From assembly GCA_963767925.1 (NCBI GenBank), contig CAVYGB010000013.1:32001-96000 (forward strand): 64,000 nucleotides of DNA. Reading direction: 5' to 3'. A program made the translations under genes and the position numbers. A model generated the notes under the pieces. The model was given only the letters and a program-made list of their open reading frames with translations, was not told where the DNA came from and did not search any database. Source of the stretch: an uncultured delta proteobacterium (GTDB lineage Bacteria > Myxococcota_A > Polyangia > Fen-1088). This document shows, one piece after another, positions 18,028 to 27,887 of the stretch. The stretch's first letter is position 1. Each line of letters begins with the position of its first letter.

Positions 18028-19917
18028 ATGAGGCTCGCCCTCCCCCCGCTCGCGAACCGCGCTCGGGTTGTTTCAGTGGTGTTCGCTGTCGGTGTTGGTG
18101 TGATGGGGTCGGTCGGCTGGGCCGCCCCGGCAGCGTTGTCCGCGGCTAACGCCGCACCTTCTGCTTCCCCGGTGAACATCCCCACCGACCGCCTCATGCG
18201 GGTCGATGAGGTCCGACCGGGCATGGTGGGCGAGGCCCACACGGTGTTCAGCGGGACCAAGCCGGAGGCCTTCAAGGTCCGGGTGGTCTCGGTGGTGCGG
18301 AACTTCCTGCCCAAGCAGGACATCATCCTCGTGCGCGCCGAGGACCCCCGGGTCGAGTTCTCGGGGATCGCGGCCGGGATGAGCGGCAGCCCCGTCTACA
18401 TAGATGGCAAGCTGCTGGGGGCCATCGCCTACGCCTGGTCCTTCGCCAAGGAGCCGCTCGCCGGCGTCACCCCGATCGAGGCCATGCTGGCCGAGCGCAG
18501 CCGCCCCCGGCGGGCCACCCGCACGCTCGTCGAGTCGGGCGAGCTGGTGCACGCCCCCGGACCGAGCGGCAGCGACATCAGCCTCGACGACCCGCGGCCC
18601 GCGTCCACCAGCAGCGCCGAGGTGGGCGGCCTGCCCCAGCTCCGGCCGGTGGCCGTGCCCCTGTCGATCTCCGGGATCTCCGACGGGGCCCTCGGCGAGC
18701 TCGGCGACCAGCTCAAACCGTTCGGCCTGGTGCCGATGCGGGCGGGCGGCGGCGGCCAGCTCCGCAAGTCGGCCGGCCCGGCCGACCTGCTGGTCCCGGG
18801 CGGCGCGGTCGGCGTGCAGCTCATCCGCGGCGACATGAACGCCACCGCGATGGGCACCGTCACCTGGGTCAAGGGCAACACGATCCTGGCCTTCGGTCAC
18901 CCGATGTTCGGCGTGGGCGAGGTGAACCTGCCCATGGTGACCGGCGAGGTGCACACCTTCATCGCCAGCCAGTTCAGCTCTTTCAAGCTCGCCACCCCCA
19001 TCGCCGAGGTGGGGACCATCGTGCAGGACCGTCCCTCCTGCATCGTGGGCGACCTGGGCCTGCGCTCGACCATGTTGCCGATCGAGGTGCGGGTCTCCGC
19101 CCCCGGCTCCGAGGTGCGCGTGTTCCGGGCCGAGGTGGTGCGCAACAAGCGGCTGACCCCCATCCTGGCCTCGGCCGTGCTGACGACCGCCATCGCCGAC
19201 GCCGAGCCCGACCAGACCGACATGGCCGTCACCCTCGCCACCAAGGTGGGCGTGCGCGGGATGGCGGCGGTGGCCCTGCGCGACCAGGTCTTCTCCCAGG
19301 AGGGCCTCTCCCCCCGGGCCCTGGGCAGCCTGCGCGGCGTGCGTGCCCTCGGCGAGCTGCTCGGCAACCCCTTCGCCCCGGTGGGCGTCGATCGCCTTGA
19401 GTTCGACGTCACCATCGAGTTCCGGCGCGACTACGCCGAGATCGTCTCGGTGGCCCTGCCGAGCGAGGAGGTCCGGGCGGGCGACACGGTCCCCCTGCGC
19501 GTCACCCTGCGCCCCTACGCCGGGCGCGAATACGTGGAGACGGTCCCCTTCGTGGTGCCCGAGCGGCTGGCCGGCCAGTCGGTGCGGATCGAGGTCGCCT
19601 CGGGCGCCCAGGTGCGCCCCGACGTCCCCCGCCCCGAGAACCTGACCGGCTTCATCGAGAACCTGCGCAGCTACTACACCGCCTCGAACATCGTCGTCAG
19701 CATGAGCCTGCCCGAAGACGGCGCCTCGCTGCGCGGCCACCTGCTGCCCAGCCTGCCTCCGTCGGCCCTGGACACCCTCCGCACCGGCAACCAGACCCGC
19801 CGCGCCGACGCTTACCGCCTGGCCAACCGCACGGTCTTCCAGTCCTCGCGCATGGTCACCGGCAAGCAGGAGCTGGTGCTCAAGGTCCGTGAGGACACCC
19901 TCGGCCGCAACCGCTGA
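18028..19917 (+). CDS. Exported SpoIVB peptidase (S55) domain protein
   Basis: GIAAGMSGSPVYIDGKLLGAIAY catalytic-Ser motif, GVTPIEAM, GTVT...LAFGHP; signal-like N-terminus. Start codon uncertain. Confidence 0.85.
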   Translation: MRLALPPLANRARVVSVVFAVGVGVMGSVGWAAPAALSAANAAPSASPVNIPTDRLMRVDEVRPGMVGEAHTVFSGTKPEAFKVRVVSVVRNFLPKQDIILVRAEDPRVEFSGIAAGMSGSPVYIDGKLLGAIAYAWSFAKEPLAGVTPIEAMLAERSRPRRATRTLVESGELVHAPGPSGSDISLDDPRPASTSSAEVGGLPQLRPVAVPLSISGISDGALGELGDQLKPFGLVPMRAGGGGQLRKSAGPADLLVPGGAVGVQLIRGDMNATAMGTVTWVKGNTILAFGHPMFGVGEVNLPMVTGEVHTFIASQFSSFKLATPIAEVGTIVQDRPSCIVGDLGLRSTMLPIEVRVSAPGSEVRVFRAEVVRNKRLTPILASAVLTTAIADAEPDQTDMAVTLATKVGVRGMAAVALRDQVFSQEGLSPRALGSLRGVRALGELLGNPFAPVGVDRLEFDVTIEFRRDYAEIVSVALPSEEVRAGDTVPLRVTLRPYAGREYVETVPFVVPERLAGQSVRIEVASGAQVRPDVPRPENLTGFIENLRSYYTASNIVVSMSLPEDGASLRGHLLPSLPPSALDTLRTGNQTRRADAYRLANRTVFQSSRMVTGKQELVLKVREDTLGRNR

Positions 19918-20539
19918 CCCCCCCGCGCGCCCAGCGGCCCCCCTCCCGCCGCCGCTGCCGCGCGCCTTCTACGCCCGCCCCACCACCCTCGTCGCCCGCG
20001 CCCTGATCGGCAAGCTCCTGGTCCGCCAGCCCCCCGGCGGCCCGCCGCAGCTCGCCCGCATCGTCGAGGTGGAGGCGTATCTCGGCGAGCGCGATCTAGC
20101 GTCCCACGCCCGCCGCGGCCCCACCCCCCGCTCCCGCATCATGTTCGGCCCCCCCGGCCACCTCTACGTCTACCTGATCTACGGCATGCACCACTGCATG
20201 AACCTGGTCACGGAGCGAGACGGGGTGGCCGGCGCCGTGCTGGTGCGGGCCGCCGAGTCCCTCGGGGATGGCCTCCAGCCCGGCGCGCTCGACCCGAAGG
20301 TCCTGCGCGGCCCCGGCAAGCTCTGCCGGGCCCTCGGCATCACCCTCGCCGACAAGGGCCTCGACCTCACCTCGCCGCACGCCCCCCTCTACGTCGCCGA
20401 GGCGTCCGGCCCGACCCGGCTGAAGATCGCCCGCTCCCCCCGCATCGGCATCGACTACGCCGGCGCCTGGGCCACCCGCCCCCTCCGCTTCTACGTCCCC
20501 GACCACCCCAGCGTCTCCGGCCCCCGCCCCCCACCCTGA
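19889..20539 (+). CDS. mpg: DNA-3-methyladenine glycosylase (AAG/MPG family)
   Basis: RIVEVEAYLG, MFGPPGHLYVYLIYGMHHCMN, AVLVRA, GPGKLCRALGI, PRIGI. Start uncertain. Confidence 0.9.
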   Translation: MRTPSAATADPPARPAAPLPPPLPRAFYARPTTLVARALIGKLLVRQPPGGPPQLARIVEVEAYLGERDLASHARRGPTPRSRIMFGPPGHLYVYLIYGMHHCMNLVTERDGVAGAVLVRAAESLGDGLQPGALDPKVLRGPGKLCRALGITLADKGLDLTSPHAPLYVAEASGPTRLKIARSPRIGIDYAGAWATRPLRFYVPDHPSVSGPRPPP

Positions 20540-20562
20540 CCCACCCCCGCAGAATCGGAGGG

Positions 20563-20897
20563 GCGGCGAGGTTCAAAGCCTCTCCCCCCCGCTGCCTATC
20601 TTGGGGGGGGGCGGCGAGGTTCAAAGCCTCTCCCCCCCGCTGCCTATCTTGGGGGGGAGGGCGGTGAGGTTCAAAGCCTCTCCCCCCCGCTGCCTATCTT
20701 GGGGGGGAGGGCGGTGAGGTTCAAAGCCTCTCCCCCCCGCTGCCTATCTTGGGGGGGAGGGCGGTGAGGTTCAAAGCCTCTCCCCCCCGCTGCCTATCTT
20801 GGGGGGGAGGACGGTGAGGTTTTACGCCTCTCCCCCCGCTGCCCGGTCGCCCTCTCCCGCGGTCTGCCGCGGGGGAGGGGAGGGGTGGGGGTCTCCG
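20563..20897. repeat. 50-bp tandem repeat (5 copies plus a degenerate sixth) ending in a REP-like element
   Basis: Unit GCGGTGAGGTTCAAAGCCTCTCCCCCCCGCTGCCTATCTTGGGGGGGAGG at 20563 (48 bp), 20611, 20661, 20711, 20761, partial at 20811. No unique spacers. Confidence 0.95.
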
Positions 20898-20956
20898 GTG
20901 GCCCGGGCGGTTGTCGGGCAGGTCCGGGCGAGCGGCGTGATATCGAAGGGGGAGCG

Positions 20957-22090
20957 ATGCCCCAGCACGTGATCCTCATCCCCGGGTTCTTCGGGTTCGA
21001 GAACCTGGGCGACCTGGCCTACTTTACCCACGCGCGCGACGCCCTCCTCGAGTGGTGCCGGAGCGCCGGGATCGAGGTCCGGGTGCACACCGTCTCGACC
21101 TTGCCCACGGCCTCGCTGCGGCAGCGGGCGGCTGCGGTGGTGGAGAAGCTGCAGGCCGTGCTGACCGTGCCTGGCGGCGAGGGGCCCGTGCACCTGGTGG
21201 GGCACTCGAGCGGGGGCCTGGACGCCCGCCTGGCCATCACCCCGGAGCTGGCGCTGCCGGGCGGGATCGACCCCGAGCCCCTGGCCGCGCAGGTGCGCAG
21301 CGTGGTCACCGTGTCCGCCCCGCACTACGGCACCCCGCTGGCGGGCTTCTTCTCCAGCCTGCTGGGGGCGCAGCTCCTGCAGGTCCTCTCGATGGCCACC
21401 AGCTACGTCCTGCGCACCGGCCGCCTCCCGGCCGACGTGCTGGTCCGCATGGCCGCCTTCTTCTTGCGGGCCGCCTCGGGCCTGGGTTCAGGTCCCAGCG
21501 GATCCCTCGGGCGCCTGCACGACCGCCTGCTGGCCGACTTCGGGCCGGAGCGCCGGGGGGCTCTGCAGACCTTCGCCGAGATGATCGCCCGCGACCAGGA
21601 CCTGCTGCCCCAGATCACCCCCGCCGTCATCGACGTCTTCAACGCCGCCACCCAGGACCGCCCCGGCGTCCGCTACGGCTGCGTCGTCACCCAGACCCGC
21701 GGCGCCGGCCTGCGCTCCCTGCTCTCGGCCGGCCTCTCCCCCTACGCCCACGCCAGCCACACCCTCTACGCTTGCCTGGGCCAGCTCGCCGGCGGCGTCC
21801 CCCGCGACCGCCTCCCCATCCTGCAGCCCGCCCAGCACGCGGCGCTGCTCGCTGGCTTTTCCCGCCTGCCCGCCCGCCGGGCCAACGACGGCGTCGTCCC
21901 CACCCTCAGCCAGGTCTGGGGCGAAGTCATCCGCGCCGTCTGGGCCGACCACCTCGACGTCATCGGCCACTTCCACCACCCCACCCACGTCCCCCCCCAC
22001 TTCGACTGGCTCGTCTCCGGCAGCGGCCACACCCGCAAAGAATTCCTGACCACCTGGAACGCCATCGCCACCTTCCTCTTCCACCCCTGA
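20957..22090 (+). CDS. Alpha/beta-hydrolase (lipase/esterase, PGAP1-like)
   Basis: LIPGFFGF oxyanion region, VHLVGHSSGG nucleophile elbow, PHYGTPLA, NDGVVP, DHLDVIGH. Confidence 0.88.
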   Translation: MPQHVILIPGFFGFENLGDLAYFTHARDALLEWCRSAGIEVRVHTVSTLPTASLRQRAAAVVEKLQAVLTVPGGEGPVHLVGHSSGGLDARLAITPELALPGGIDPEPLAAQVRSVVTVSAPHYGTPLAGFFSSLLGAQLLQVLSMATSYVLRTGRLPADVLVRMAAFFLRAASGLGSGPSGSLGRLHDRLLADFGPERRGALQTFAEMIARDQDLLPQITPAVIDVFNAATQDRPGVRYGCVVTQTRGAGLRSLLSAGLSPYAHASHTLYACLGQLAGGVPRDRLPILQPAQHAALLAGFSRLPARRANDGVVPTLSQVWGEVIRAVWADHLDVIGHFHHPTHVPPHFDWLVSGSGHTRKEFLTTWNAIATFLFHP

Positions 22091-22109
22091 CCGGTCCGCC
22101 GTAACCCCA

Positions 22110-22392
22110 CGCTGTCGCTCGCTCGGCCTGGCGGGTAGGGGAGCGGAGGGGAGAGGAAGATCGGTCTGGCGCCGAGTGGAGGCGTGCAGCTCGCGTCTGC
22201 GCGAGCTTGCCAGCGCCGACAGAGGGGCAAGCGCGAAGCGCTGTAAGCCCCGGCGAGGCGCCAGACCGATCTTTCTCTCCCCGAAGCGCACCGGGCCTCA
22301 ACGATCAGCTCCGGAAAGCGCTTCGCCCCGAGCGACCGGGCTTCAACGAAAACACCCGCTCCCGAGCGACCGGGCCTGGAGGCCGAGCGCGC
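22110..22392. other. Structured intergenic element (MITE-like or ncRNA candidate)
   Basis: 26-bp inverted repeat 22148-22173 / 22257-22282 (1 mismatch) enclosing two hairpins; outer GCTCGGCCT/AGGCCGAGC inverted repeat. Confidence 0.6.
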
Positions 22393-22952
22393 TACCGGAC
22401 CTGGATCTCGTAGCGGCGGTTCTTTGCCTGCTTGGCCGCTGTGTCGTCCGGGGTGACGAGCGGGCGGTCCGAGCCGAGCCCGAGGGCGACGATCTGGTCC
22501 CCAGGAATCCCCCGCGCGACCAGCTCCTTGACGATCGCAGCCGCCCGCTTCTGCGACAGCCCCTTGTTGTGCTCCGCCTTCCCTCGACTGTCGGTATGCC
22601 CCGAAACCTCGAACTTGTAACTCGGCGCCTTGGCCCCATCGAGCTTCTTCTTGGCGTCGACCAGCGCCGCCGCCAGGTTCTTGAGCTTGCGGTCGCACCC
22701 CGGCGCCAGCTCGTCGCTGTCGGTCTTGAAGCTGCACTGATTCTTGCGCCCGTCGGCCAGGAGCTTGGTGTTCACCTTCTTGAACACCTCGTCGCGCGCC
22801 GTGGACCCGGCCGCCTCGGCCGCCTTCTTGCTCGCCTTCTTGGCGATGCCACCGAGGTCGATCTGGGCGCCGGCGCCCCCGGGCACCAGCAGCAGAGCGC
22901 TCAGCAGCGCCGCCGGGAACATCCACTGGGCCGACAGGAGTCTTGCTCGCAT
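22392..22952 (-). CDS. Small exported OmpA-family (peptidoglycan-binding) protein
   Basis: Signal peptide; FKTDSDEL, VSGHTDSRG...NKGLSQKRA, GLGSDRP, KNRRYEI. Confidence 0.88.
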   Translation of the reverse strand: MRARLLSAQWMFPAALLSALLLVPGGAGAQIDLGGIAKKASKKAAEAAGSTARDEVFKKVNTKLLADGRKNQCSFKTDSDELAPGCDRKLKNLAAALVDAKKKLDGAKAPSYKFEVSGHTDSRGKAEHNKGLSQKRAAAIVKELVARGIPGDQIVALGLGSDRPLVTPDDTAAKQAKNRRYEIQVR

Positions 22953-22969
22953 CGGCCCATCGTACACCC

Positions 22970-23479
22970 TCAGGCGGCGACCGCCCAGAGCGCCGGCCGC
23001 TCCCGCTCCACGCCGCCCACCTGGCCCTCGCCCTCGCCCTCGCCCGCCAGGCAGCGCTGCAGGCGCCGGGCGAACGCCGCCGGTGGCTCGGCGAACAGCC
23101 GCCGCCCGAGCGGTCGCGCGAGCGCGCGCAGCGCCCGGTGCCGCTGCTCCACCAGCGCCGGATCGGCCCCCGACTGCCCCGAGCCGCTGGCCCCGGCGAA
23201 CAGCCGCAGGTCGTGATCCTGCCCGAGCAGCTCCTCGAGGCGCCCCAGCAGCTCCTGCCGCCCCGCGAGCCCGCCGGGCGATCGCCCCGCGAGCACCCCG
23301 AAGTGGAGGGCATGGTCGTGGACGGCGCGGCGCCAGCCCTCGAAGGCGGCGTGTCCCCCTCCCGGGTAAGCCGCAGCCATGGTCTCGCGGGCCCGCCGGT
23401 AACTGGCGCCCGCCCGCCTCAGCGCCACCTCGATGAAGCCGTCGGCCGGCGACGGTCGCAGATTCTTGATCGAAGACAT
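22970..23479 (-). CDS. Short, degenerate CHAD-domain-like protein
   Basis: YRRAR...FEGWRRAVHDH and LEELLGQDHDL resemble the C-terminal half of CHAD domains. Confidence 0.55.
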   Translation of the reverse strand: MSSIKNLRPSPADGFIEVALRRAGASYRRARETMAAAYPGGGHAAFEGWRRAVHDHALHFGVLAGRSPGGLAGRQELLGRLEELLGQDHDLRLFAGASGSGQSGADPALVEQRHRALRALARPLGRRLFAEPPAAFARRLQRCLAGEGEGEGQVGGVERERPALWAVAA

Positions 23480-23495
23480 CTGCCTCTTCCGTCTC

Positions 23496-23511
23496 TTCAC
23501 GGAGCGTGCCA
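23496..23511 (-). promoter_or_regulatory. Possible sigma-54 promoter of the CHAD-like gene
   Basis: TGGCACG-CTCC-GTGAA: perfect -24 box, non-canonical -12 box, 16 bp upstream of the ATG. Confidence 0.35.
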
Positions 23512-23580
23512 GCCGCACACCGCCCGCCCGCCGCGCCGAACGCGATGAATCCCCCGCCCGCGCGTAACGTCCGCCCGGGC

Positions 23581-24693
23581 TCAGCTACCGGAACGTAACG
23601 ACCCCTCGACCGTGCTGACGAGGAGACCGACCAGACCGTCGAGCGGCGCCTCCGCCATCGACAAGCCGGCCTCCGCCACGACCCGGGGCATGCCGAACAC
23701 CACACACGAAGATTCGGATTCGGTGAGCACGACCCCCCCGGCCGCCCGGATGGCGCGCGCGCCGATCAGGCCGTCGTCCCCCATCCCGGTGAGGACGAGC
23801 GCCAGCGCCCCCGCCCCCGCCGCCCGGGCGGCGCTCTCGAACAGCAGGTCCACCGAGGGCGCGAAGGGTTGCTCCTCCTGGCGCGGGCCGGTCACCGCCA
23901 CCAGCTCGCCCCGGTCGCGCTCGATGGTCATCTGGCTGCCGCCCTGGGCGATCACCGCCCGACCGGGCCGCAGCTCGGTCCGCTCGCCGGCCTCGAGCAC
24001 CTCGAGCGGGGAGACCTTGCTCAGGCGCTCGGCCATCGAGCGGGTGTAGCCCTCGGGGATGTGCAGGGCGATGGCGATGGGGACCGGCAGGTCGGCGGGC
24101 AGGGCCCCCAGCAGGCGGGTGAGCGCCTGGGGCCCGCCCGTCGAGGTGCCGATCACCAGGAGGGTGCTGGGCGACCGGGGGCCGCCGCCGAGGCGGGAGC
24201 GGGTGGGCCCCGCCCCTCGCCGCCGGCCGGCCCGGCGCGCTTCCCCCGCCGCGATCACCTTCGAGACCAGGTCCTCCCCCATTTCGTACAGCCGGGCGGT
24301 GGCCAGGGCGGTGGGCTTGTGGACCAGGTCGAAGGCCCCCGCCTGCAGGGCCTCGATGGCGATCTCGCTGTTGGCGTTGGAGATGCTGACGATGATCACC
24401 GACGGCGGGCTGGGGGGCGGCAGCGCCTTCAGCAAGCTGATCCCGTCGAGCGCCGGCATCATGAGGTCCAGGGTCACCACCTCGGGGCGCAGCTCCACGA
24501 TCTTCTCGAGGGCGTCGAGGCCGTCCATGGCGGCGCCCACCACCTCGATGCGGGGGTTGCGGGACAGGACCTCGCGCAGGACCTTGCGGGCGAAGGCCGA
24601 GTCATCGACCACCAGGACCCGGATGGGCCCCTCCCGGGGCGCGCTCAGGCCCTCGCCTTCCGTCCCGATGACCTTGTCGTTGCTGTCGCTCAA
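23581..24693 (-). CDS. cheB: Chemotaxis methylesterase CheB (REC-CheB)
   Basis: VLVVDDSAF, TLDLMMP, GTSTGGP, ALH, LTGMGDDG. Confidence 0.92.
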   Translation of the reverse strand: MSDSNDKVIGTEGEGLSAPREGPIRVLVVDDSAFARKVLREVLSRNPRIEVVGAAMDGLDALEKIVELRPEVVTLDLMMPALDGISLLKALPPPSPPSVIIVSISNANSEIAIEALQAGAFDLVHKPTALATARLYEMGEDLVSKVIAAGEARRAGRRRGAGPTRSRLGGGPRSPSTLLVIGTSTGGPQALTRLLGALPADLPVPIAIALHIPEGYTRSMAERLSKVSPLEVLEAGERTELRPGRAVIAQGGSQMTIERDRGELVAVTGPRQEEQPFAPSVDLLFESAARAAGAGALALVLTGMGDDGLIGARAIRAAGGVVLTESESSCVVFGMPRVVAEAGLSMAEAPLDGLVGLLVSTVEGSLRSGS

Positions 24694-25514
24694 GCCGGCC
24701 TCTTTCGATAAAGGAAGATCCCCTGCTGCTCCTCACACGCGAGCGAGGTGCCGAAACGCAGCAGCGACTCGGACACGCCCACGAAGAGGGCACCTCCGGG
24801 CACCAGGGTCGCGGTCACGTCCTCCACCACCCGGGTGCTCACCTCGTCGCCGAAATAGATGAGCACGTTCTTGCAAAGCACAACATCACAGGGCCCCATC
24901 TCTCGAACGGCGGGGCGGTCCAGAAGATTGAGCTGGCGCCAGCGCACCGAATCGATCAGCTCGGGCGCGACCGACAGGTAGCCGCCGGCAAGCCGCCGGA
25001 GGTGGGGGTGCGCCTCGGGCGGCATCACCTCCTGCCGCAAGGAACGGGGGCGGTATTCGCCGCGCCGGGCGACCGCCAGCGCCCGGGCGCTGACATCCGA
25101 GGCCAGCAGGTCCACATGTCGGAGCAGGTCGCGCGCAGCAAGGAGCATGGCGATCGTCAGCGGCTCCTCTCCGGTCGAGCAGGCGGTTGACCAGACGCGG
25201 GGCCGGGCGCCGGCGGTCACCAGCGGCTCCAGGATGCCGCCGACCAGCAGGTCGAGCTGTTCCCGCTCGCGGAAGAAGTAGGTCTCGTTCACGACCAGGT
25301 GGTCGGACAGAGCCGACAGCTCGACGGGGCCCGCGGGATCGTATCTCAGGAAATAGTAGTAATCGAGCAGCGAGTCGAACCCGAGCTCGACCGCCCGTTC
25401 GCCCAGCTTGGAGGCGAGGATCTCCTGGTCGGCCAGACCGTAATGAAAGCCGAGCCGCTCCTCGAGCAGGCCCCGGAAGATCTCGAACACCGACAGCGAC
25501 AGCGGCAGGGACAT
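24690..25514 (-). CDS. cheR: Chemotaxis methyltransferase CheR
   Basis: VNETYFFRE, ACSTGEEP, LCKNVLIYF. Confidence 0.92.
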   Translation of the reverse strand: MSLPLSLSVFEIFRGLLEERLGFHYGLADQEILASKLGERAVELGFDSLLDYYYFLRYDPAGPVELSALSDHLVVNETYFFREREQLDLLVGGILEPLVTAGARPRVWSTACSTGEEPLTIAMLLAARDLLRHVDLLASDVSARALAVARRGEYRPRSLRQEVMPPEAHPHLRRLAGGYLSVAPELIDSVRWRQLNLLDRPAVREMGPCDVVLCKNVLIYFGDEVSTRVVEDVTATLVPGGALFVGVSESLLRFGTSLACEEQQGIFLYRKRPA

Positions 25515-25534
25515 CGGCGCCGGTTTGCCGCCGG

Positions 25535-27880
25535 TCAGGCCAGCCCCAGGGCGCAGATGCGGCGCACCTCCGGATCGGGATCGCTGGCCGCGGCGGCGCG
25601 CAGGCTGGCAAGGGCGTCGCGGGTGGCCATGCCCGCCAGGGTCATGGCGGCCGCCTTGCGGGCCGGCAGGTGGGGCATCTTCAGCGATCGCGTGAGCGCG
25701 GCCAGGGCATCGGGTCGCTGCATGCGCGCGAGCGCCGAGGTCAGCAGGGGGGCGGTCTCGTCGTCGGCGGTCTCGAGCGCGGCCAGCAGGCCTCCCACCC
25801 GGTCGGACGAGCCGTGCGCCAGGGCGTCGTGCAGCCGGGGCGACGAGCGCTGCTGGCGCAGCAGCTCGATCAGCACCGGGGTGGCGCCGCGGCGCCCGGC
25901 CAGAAAGCCGATGGCCGCGTTACGGATGGCCTCGTCCTGGTCGAGGGCGGCCGCCGCCAGCACGTCGGTGACGTCCTGATGATCGAAGCCGGCGATGGCC
26001 CCCAGGGCCACCATCCGGGTGGCGGCGTCGGGAGAGGTGGCGGCCTTCAGGAGCACGGGGATGGAGTCGGGCGAGCGGCGCAGCCCGAGGCCGATCAGGG
26101 CCGCCCGCACCACGTCGCCGTCGTCGGAGGCTGCGGTGGCCAGCAGGTGATCGTACGCGCTCTGGCTCTTGAGGTAGGCCAGCGCCTCGACCGCGGCCAC
26201 CCGTACCTGGCCCGCCTCGTCGTTCAGCAGCCGGGCGATGACCTCGGCGGCCGGCTCCGCCTCCAGGCGGCCCAGCGACTGGCAGGCGTAGTAGCGCACC
26301 CAGGGATCGGAGTCGGTGAGCCCCCGCATCAGCACCGACTGGGCCCGGACATCGGAGCGGCAGGCTCCCAGGGCGCGCATGGCCGAGGCCCGGGTGCGGG
26401 GGACCGTGTCCTTGGCCGCCTCGATCAGGGCCTCCCGGGCCCGCAGATCTTCGATGTAGGGGAGCCCGGCGATGGCGCTGTCCCGCACGCGCACGTCGTC
26501 GTCCTGCAGGCCGGCCAGACAGACCTCGAGGGCGGCGCGCGAGCCGAAGTAGCCCAGGATGCGCAGCGCCCAGCGGCGCACCGAGGCGGAGGGCGAGCGG
26601 GCGGCGGCGATGGCCAGCGGCTCGGTCTCCGCGCTGCCGAGCGACTGGATGGCGCCCACCGCCGCCTGCACCACGGCGGCGTTGGGATCGGACAGCTTCT
26701 GGAACAGCGCCCCCACCACGCTCGTGTTGCCGATGCGGGCCAGGGCGTCGCAGGCGGCGATTCGCACCTCCGAGTCCTCGTCCTCCAGGCAGCGGGCCAC
26801 GTCGCCGGCCGAGGCGGCGTGGGTGATGAGCGGCAGCAGGAGCTTGCGGCGGGGGCTGTTGTCCTCCCGGATCTGTCGCAGCAGCACGTCCTCGAACCGG
26901 CTGCCGGTGTTGCGCAGCCCCTCGGCGGCGGCCGCCGCCACCACCTCGTCCGGTTCGCGGATCAGCGTCGCCAGCAGCGAGACCGCCGCCTCGTCGTGCA
27001 ACATGCCCGCGGTCAGGGCGATGGCCGCCTTCTCGGCGGCGTCGGCTCCGGCCAGCGCCCCCGTCAGGGAGCGCGCCACCTGGCGGGCGTTGACCGCGCG
27101 CCGGAGGGCATCCTCGACCGGGGTGGAGGTGCCGTAGGTGCGCCGGAAGCGCTGCCACAGGTCGGCCAGCGCCTGGGCCCCCACCCGCACCTCGGCGCTG
27201 GTCGTCCCCAGCAGCAGCGCCGCCAGCGGTCCCACCGCGTTGCGGTCCCCGCTGCGTCCGAGGGCGCGCGCCACCTCGAGGGCATAGAGCCGGTGGCTCA
27301 GCAGGGAGGCCAGGGCCGGGATGGCCCGGGGGTCGCCCGAGCGGCCGAGCACGTCGACCGCGGGGAAGACCCGGAAGAAGTTGCCGCTGCCGACCGCCCG
27401 GACGAGCGGCTCGACCGCGCTGCGCCCGCCGATGCGGCCCAGGGCCTCGATGGCCGCCACCGCGACGTTGTCGCTGGCGTGTTCGGTGAGGGTGACGAGC
27501 AGGGGGGTGGCGCTCGGATCCTGCCGGCGGCCCAGCACCTGGGCCACGTCCGCCACCACCGCCGGATCGGAATCGGCGACCAGGGGGGTCAGCGCTGCGC
27601 GCACGTCGCCGGCCGAGGCCACCAGGGTGTCGACCACCGCCGCCACCACCGTCTCGTTACCGCGGCCCTGGCGGAGGTGCGCCACCAGGGCGGGCAGGGC
27701 GGCGTCCCCCAGGGCGCCGAGGGCGGCCACCACCGCGCGCCGCACGGTCCAGCTCGCGTCCTCGAGCTGGGCGATCAGCGCGGGGACCGACTCGGTGCCG
27801 GCCGCCATGAGGTGGTCGATGTGCTCGACGCGCTCGCGCTCGGCGTCGGAGAGGGCGAAGGGGGCGGCGGTCGTGGTCAC
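25535..27880 (-). CDS. HEAT-repeat (PBS lyase-like) protein, Cpc7-like
   Basis: Many (L)xDxDxxVRxAAxxAL repeats over 781 aa; sits between the MCP and cheR as in the Myxococcus che7 operon. Confidence 0.88.
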   Translation of the reverse strand: MTTTAAPFALSDAERERVEHIDHLMAAGTESVPALIAQLEDASWTVRRAVVAALGALGDAALPALVAHLRQGRGNETVVAAVVDTLVASAGDVRAALTPLVADSDPAVVADVAQVLGRRQDPSATPLLVTLTEHASDNVAVAAIEALGRIGGRSAVEPLVRAVGSGNFFRVFPAVDVLGRSGDPRAIPALASLLSHRLYALEVARALGRSGDRNAVGPLAALLLGTTSAEVRVGAQALADLWQRFRRTYGTSTPVEDALRRAVNARQVARSLTGALAGADAAEKAAIALTAGMLHDEAAVSLLATLIREPDEVVAAAAAEGLRNTGSRFEDVLLRQIREDNSPRRKLLLPLITHAASAGDVARCLEDEDSEVRIAACDALARIGNTSVVGALFQKLSDPNAAVVQAAVGAIQSLGSAETEPLAIAAARSPSASVRRWALRILGYFGSRAALEVCLAGLQDDDVRVRDSAIAGLPYIEDLRAREALIEAAKDTVPRTRASAMRALGACRSDVRAQSVLMRGLTDSDPWVRYYACQSLGRLEAEPAAEVIARLLNDEAGQVRVAAVEALAYLKSQSAYDHLLATAASDDGDVVRAALIGLGLRRSPDSIPVLLKAATSPDAATRMVALGAIAGFDHQDVTDVLAAAALDQDEAIRNAAIGFLAGRRGATPVLIELLRQQRSSPRLHDALAHGSSDRVGGLLAALETADDETAPLLTSALARMQRPDALAALTRSLKMPHLPARKAAAMTLAGMATRDALASLRAAAASDPDPEVRRICALGLA

Positions 27881-27887
27881 GTCGCGC

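Noticed and set aside
20563..20843. CRISPR array
   Set aside because: Units are contiguous and identical, with no unique spacers and no cas genes in the window.
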